Shown piece by piece: positions 14,925 to 18,535 of a DNA stretch of 18,535 nt. Source of the DNA: a virus (Duplodnaviria; Heunggongvirae; Uroviricota; Caudoviricetes); the IMG/VR virus record IMGVR_UViG_3300049617_000342, positions 1-18,535 of that record, one strand, 5' to 3'. A model generated the notes under the pieces. It worked only from the letters and a program-made list of their open reading frames with translations. It made no database searches and was not told the origin of the DNA. Within the stretch, counting starts at the first letter, position 1. Each line of letters begins with the position of its first letter. The position numbers and the translations under genes were made by a program.

Positions 14925-15178
14925 CAGATTACCCTCAAGTAAGATTTGTGCTTGGTTCTAACGATGTCCATGGTGGCCTTCTTGACGTAGATGGCCGCTA
15001 TGTCGGCCTTCTTGGGGGTCTCGAATAACTGGATCCTCTCCCTGGGATAGAACATCTTGGTCAGCTGCCTAACCTCCCTCTTGCCAAGCAAGATCTTGGT
15101 GGGCGCCCTGAAATTGGCGACCGCGTCGGCTGCCTTGTCCTCGATGCGCTTCATCAGGTCGGCTGTCTTTATCTTCAC
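14924..15178 (-). CDS. 84-aa protein resembling an internal segment of this phage's MCP
   Basis: GTGA overlap start; NFRAPTKILLGKREVRQLTKMFYPRERI vs MCP NFGRPDQTHMSPRTMSDFIKQFYPKERV. Confidence 0.72.
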   Translation of the reverse strand: MKIKTADLMKRIEDKAADAVANFRAPTKILLGKREVRQLTKMFYPRERIQLFETPKKADIAAIYVKKATMDIVRTKHKSYLRVI

Positions 15179-16551
15179 TTGTCGAATCCTTTCCATGGCT
15201 TGATTATACTGTCAAGGCTGGCGTCCCTGTCGACGCGGCTGTTGACCTTCATGAGGCGCGAGTCGCCGACCGGGTGGCCCTCCACGGACTCCCAGAGCCA
15301 CTGCCCGCAGTTACACTCGAGGATGCCGATGCTGACCGCGAAGTCGTCTGGCGGGACCATCGGGCCGTTGGTGAACATGGTGGCGCCGCTCTGCATGAAC
15401 GTCTGGCTGGCGGTGTGCACGTGGCCTACCCCGAACACGACGTACTCGTCCATGTCCTTGAGGGCCGCGTTGATGCTGTTGATCTGGTCGCCCAGGCTCT
15501 TGATGCCGATGTTCTTCCCCGGGTTCCCGGGGTTGAGCACGGTGTCGCCGTGGGTGAAGAAGCTCTTCTTGCCGAAGTGCTCGTAGGTTACGAACGGCGT
15601 CTTCGGTATGTGGAACTCGACGTTGGTCATCTCGCTGCAGGCCTTCATCAGGCTGTAGTAGATGAAGGTCTCGAGGCTGTCCCACTTCTGGTGCGTCGCT
15701 CTCTCCTTGTGCCGTCCCGTGTTGCGGCCGTGGTTTCCCGTGGCGCAGCGCACGTTGATCTTCTTGTATCTGGAGGCCAGGTAGCTGACCATCTGTAGCA
15801 GGAGGTGGAGGGCCCGGGCCATCTGCTCGGCCACCGCGGCGCCGTCGTTGGCGTCGTGGAGCCTGTTCTGGATGATGTCTCCGAGCAGTAGGAGCTCGAG
15901 TTCCGTCTCGTCGCGGTAGTGGCTCTTGTAGTCGCCGATCTGCTTGGTGATCGACGCGAGCCTTCTGGACTCCTGGAGCACGCCGAAGTCTATGGAGCCG
16001 GTCTCGTCCTGCTTGATGTCGCTGCCTATGTGGAGGTCGCTGAGCATGACGTTGACGACGCGCTGGGTCGGCACCACGATGCGGGGCCTACCCGGGCTCT
16101 TGTACTGCTCGATGCGGCCCTTGAAGATGCGGTCGCTGTAGTCCTCGATCTTGTTGAATATCCACTCGAGCCTGTTGAGCTCGCTGCCGAGCTTCCTGTT
16201 GGCTCTGGCGTGGGCCTTGATGGCTGCCTTCTCCACGGAGACCTCGGTGGTCTGCGGCGGGAAGTACGCGTCCCTGATGGCGTTGAAGCCGCCGGCGCGT
16301 GTGATGTCCTTGGGGGTTATCTCCGCTGAGTTCTTGCCCCAGGCGAAGTTGATGTACTCTCTGAAGTCCAGCCATATGAGCTGGCTGGGGTGCTTGTCGA
16401 GCTGCCCGGCGCACGCCTCTATCTCGTCCGCGATCTTCTGGCCGAGGACCTTGCGCTCCTCTTCCTTCTCCGCCCTCTTCGCCTCTATTAGCGCGAGGTA
16501 GTCCTTCTTAGGCTTGAGTTTTGGGCGGTTCTTCTTGTTGCGCTTTGCCAT
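15175..16551 (-). CDS. Calcineurin-like metallophosphoesterase with a long N-terminal extension (458 aa)
   Basis: All five motifs present: LSDLHIG, LLGDII, TGNHGR, FTHGD, VGHVH; start at ATG 16551 after GGAGG. Confidence 0.88.
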   Translation of the reverse strand: MAKRNKKNRPKLKPKKDYLALIEAKRAEKEEERKVLGQKIADEIEACAGQLDKHPSQLIWLDFREYINFAWGKNSAEITPKDITRAGGFNAIRDAYFPPQTTEVSVEKAAIKAHARANRKLGSELNRLEWIFNKIEDYSDRIFKGRIEQYKSPGRPRIVVPTQRVVNVMLSDLHIGSDIKQDETGSIDFGVLQESRRLASITKQIGDYKSHYRDETELELLLLGDIIQNRLHDANDGAAVAEQMARALHLLLQMVSYLASRYKKINVRCATGNHGRNTGRHKERATHQKWDSLETFIYYSLMKACSEMTNVEFHIPKTPFVTYEHFGKKSFFTHGDTVLNPGNPGKNIGIKSLGDQINSINAALKDMDEYVVFGVGHVHTASQTFMQSGATMFTNGPMVPPDDFAVSIGILECNCGQWLWESVEGHPVGDSRLMKVNSRVDRDASLDSIIKPWKGFDK

Positions 16552-17194
16552 CAGTACCCTCCTGGGGTTGCACCGCTTCCAACTTCGGGGCGGCTGGCTT
16601 CTCTTTCCTGAGACCGAAGAGTGTGAACTCCGCCTCGTCGATGTGGTCGCCGTTCTCGATCTTGATCTTCTTCGTCTCACCGGGCTTCATGCCGACGACG
16701 TTGATGTCGATCTCGGGGAAGAACTCGTTGGTGCCGAGCTTGAACTTCGTGCGGAAGATCTGCTGCTCGTCTGATAATTTCACGCCGCTCTTGTAGAAGT
16801 CGATCCTGCCTATGGCGTACTGGTCCAGCTCTGCGGGGCCGTCCGCGGGCTCGAGGTCGAGCTTGGCGTCGTCCGCTACGTTGGCAGCGTCGAAGCTGGT
16901 CATCTGTAGGTCGGTGACCTTGTCGATGATCTCTTGCTCGGCTATGTTGAACTTCTCCACCATGATCTTCATGATGGCGAGCGAGCGCCAGTCGGCGATC
17001 TTCGCGTAGCCGTTGGCCTGCTGCACGCTGAGGTTGAGGCTCTGGTGCTTGTTCCTGAGGCCGATCGTCTCCTGGAGGCAGCTCGACATTACGCGAGTGA
17101 TGCGCTCCTGGAAGTCCATCTTCTGTAGGCCCGCTTCCTTCTGCTCGCGGCCCTTGAACTGGAAGGCCTTGCCCTTGTTATTGTTCTCGCTCAT
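16508..17194 (-). CDS. Coiled-coil protein with a C-terminal trigger-factor/FKBP-like domain (228 aa)
   Basis: IDF...KFKLGTNEFFPEIDINVVGMKPGETKKIKI...AEFTL resembles trigger-factor FKBP (lGs..fipgfEe.lvGmk.Ge.k.i.v...a.F.v). Confidence 0.68.
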   Translation of the reverse strand: MSENNNKGKAFQFKGREQKEAGLQKMDFQERITRVMSSCLQETIGLRNKHQSLNLSVQQANGYAKIADWRSLAIMKIMVEKFNIAEQEIIDKVTDLQMTSFDAANVADDAKLDLEPADGPAELDQYAIGRIDFYKSGVKLSDEQQIFRTKFKLGTNEFFPEIDINVVGMKPGETKKIKIENGDHIDEAEFTLFGLRKEKPAAPKLEAVQPQEGTDGKAQQEEPPKTQA

Positions 17195-17202
17195 GTCTCT
17201 CC

Positions 17203-17766
17203 TTAGACCGCCCCAGGTGCGTCTGGGTCGTATTCGGTTTGCATTTGTTGGATTACGCTTCTGGCTATGGCCGTGTTGACCTTCTGGTGGATGGCCACGG
17301 GGTCAGGCTGCCTCATGGGTCTGGCGTTGGGGTTGGGCCTCACGAGTCTGCCGCTCGAGTCGCGCATGGCGGGTGGCGCAACGATCGCGTTGGGGTTCAC
17401 GGGCTGGTCGTAGCTGGCGGACGCCCTGTTGTTGAGGGCCACCTTCGCCTTGGTGGACTCGACCACTAGCTTGAGGATCTCGACGTCCTCCTCGGTGAGA
17501 GCTGAGGCCGCGATCCTAGGCGCGTCAGCCTCGGCTTGCGCGCGCCTGTCGCCTAGGAGCTCCTCTATCCTGCTGAGGACGAAGAGCTGGAACTCCTCGT
17601 TGATGAACGAGCCGATGTTCTCCGGCCCCTTGATCCTGAGCTTCTGCCCCTGGAGTGACCTGAATGCGTTGATGAGGTCGATCTTGGTGGACGCGTTGTT
17701 TGGCAGGGCCGCGGGTGCCTCCTGCTTCACTTCAGCCTTCTTCTCTGCTACCGTAGCTTCAGCCAT
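17203..17766 (-). CDS. Hypothetical protein (187 aa)
   Basis: GGAGG SD, codon bias, same operon orientation. Confidence 0.78.
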   Translation of the reverse strand: MAEATVAEKKAEVKQEAPAALPNNASTKIDLINAFRSLQGQKLRIKGPENIGSFINEEFQLFVLSRIEELLGDRRAQAEADAPRIAASALTEEDVEILKLVVESTKAKVALNNRASASYDQPVNPNAIVAPPAMRDSSGRLVRPNPNARPMRQPDPVAIHQKVNTAIARSVIQQMQTEYDPDAPGAV

Positions 17767-17791
17767 TCATACCTCCACCTAATGTGTACCA

Positions 17792-17995
17792 TCACTCGTC
17801 CTGGTCCCTCTGCCACTCCCTGTGGAGGCGGCCGTACCTCTTCATCTCATCGGACTCTATGGCCCTTCCGCACTCGGGGCAGTCATAGCTGTCGAGCAGC
17901 GGGTTGGCGTCCGGAGACACGCGCTCGCCGCACCCGGGGCACTCGACAGTGGGCTCGCCGGTGTCCTCGTCCTTATAGACGCTTAGCTGTGCCAT
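17792..17995 (-). CDS. Zinc-ribbon protein (67 aa)
   Basis: Two CxxC motifs: ECPGCG and DCPECG. Confidence 0.78.
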   Translation of the reverse strand: MAQLSVYKDEDTGEPTVECPGCGERVSPDANPLLDSYDCPECGRAIESDEMKRYGRLHREWQRDQDE

Positions 17996-18245
17996 TCTTT
18001 GGGGGCTTCAGTGTCCTGGTCTTGATGTATAGGCCGGTCAGGCCGCTGGATACGATCTCTAGGACCTGCTTGGGCAGCTTGTCCCCCTTCGGGAACATGC
18101 TGTTCTTCTGGTACACGACGACGTGGGACTTGAGGCTGGTGTCGACCAGGTTGCAGTCGTAGATCAACAGCTTGACGCCGTTCAGCTCCACCCCTGCGAC
18201 CTCGAGTGCACCGATCATTTTGACTTTAGCTTTCATGGCTTTCAT
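17973..18245 (-). CDS. Hypothetical protein (~87-90 aa; start 18245 or 18236)
   Basis: Open frame with typical codon bias immediately after the terminator; SD unclear. Confidence 0.68.
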   Translation of the reverse strand: MKAMKAKVKMIGALEVAGVELNGVKLLIYDCNLVDTSLKSHVVVYQKNSMFPKGDKLPKQVLEIVSSGLTGLYIKTRTLKPPKNGTAKRL

Positions 18246-18253
18246 ATACAGAT

Positions 18254-18281
18254 AAAAACGGCCCGGGGGCTACCCGGGCCG
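18254..18281 (-). terminator. Intrinsic terminator downstream of tmRNA
   Basis: 9-bp stem CGGCCCGGG/CCCGGGCCG (18259-18267 / 18273-18281), 5-nt loop, followed on the - strand by TTTTT. Confidence 0.85.
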
Positions 18282-18326
18282 GAAAACCAGCCACACCATC
18301 CCTGGCGTCTCTGGCTTTTAGATTTG

Positions 18327-18535
18327 TGGTGGACCCGGAGGGAATCGAACCCTCGTCCAGAAACGCTCACCAAGGTCATCCTACAAGCTTGCTCTGTTTA
18401 GGGCCCCGAGCGGGCCTTCAGGGGCAACAAGCTTCTGTTACCCTCCACCACCCCGGTTTTGTGTCTCTCCGAGGAAAAGAGATGGGTCCATTTCGCTTTC
18501 GCCGGCATGGTCCCGATGGCCGTCATGTGTCACGG
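18327..18535 (-). ncRNA. ssrA: tmRNA, 3' portion (the 5' part and tag frame appear to lie beyond the window)
   Basis: The - strand ends ...AAGCTTGTAG...GGAC-GAGGG-TTCGATT-CCCTC-CGGGTCCACCA: T-arm, encoded CCA, A73, and U70 compatible with the G3:U70 Ala identity. No anticodon/D-arm precedes it; instead ~170 nt of structured sequence. Confidence 0.88.

Noticed and set aside
332-16680. Long N-terminal extensions in track ORFs (332..766, 7210..8121, 7974..8840, 8273..9052, 13725..14207, 15175..16680)
   Set aside because: The extensions overlap upstream genes out of frame; downstream starts with SD or stop-start overlaps fit better.
18421-18450. tRNA-like 3' end (CTCCACCA) on the + strand
   Set aside because: No T-loop or acceptor pairing upstream; it is the antisense of an internal tmRNA segment.
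1-18535. Stop-codon reassignment (alternative genetic code)
   Set aside because: Recognisable genes are full length under code 11, and TGA, TAG and TAA all end genes at tight overlaps with the next start.
1-18535. CRISPR array or non-coding repeat array
   Set aside because: Intergenic gaps are under ~130 nt and no regularly spaced direct repeats were seen; the only tandem repeat is coding.

Overview
A densely packed 18.5 kb segment of a large GC-rich tailed phage genome, with ATGA/GTGA/TGATG gene overlaps throughout. Left half (1-9976): three blocks of accessory genes (+ 1-4907, - 4891-7188, + 7265-9668). These include a BCS1-type membrane AAA+ ATPase, a ligase-like nucleotidyltransferase that stops right after motif V (no OB domain), a cysteine (dual-specificity) phosphatase, an IscA/HesB Fe-S carrier, a lipoprotein and a HExxH zincin. 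Right half (- strand, read right to left): the 3' part of a tmRNA and a terminator, a Zn-ribbon protein, a protein with a trigger-factor-like FKBP domain, a calcineurin-like metallophosphoesterase, an HNH-AP2 homing endonuclease, a Cys-rich HTH-like protein, then prohead protease, an unknown protein, a putative scaffold, a SPO1/K (Herelleviridae)-like major capsid protein (MCP) and a terminator. The most unusual signal is a set of small ORFs resembling pieces of the phage's own head proteins: an 84-aa protein matching an MCP segment (10/28 identical, ungapped), a 117-aa prohead-protease-like protein with Asn at the apparent catalytic His position, and two small paralogs sharing a motif with the scaffold C-terminus. 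All family assignments come from motifs read by eye; no database search was run.
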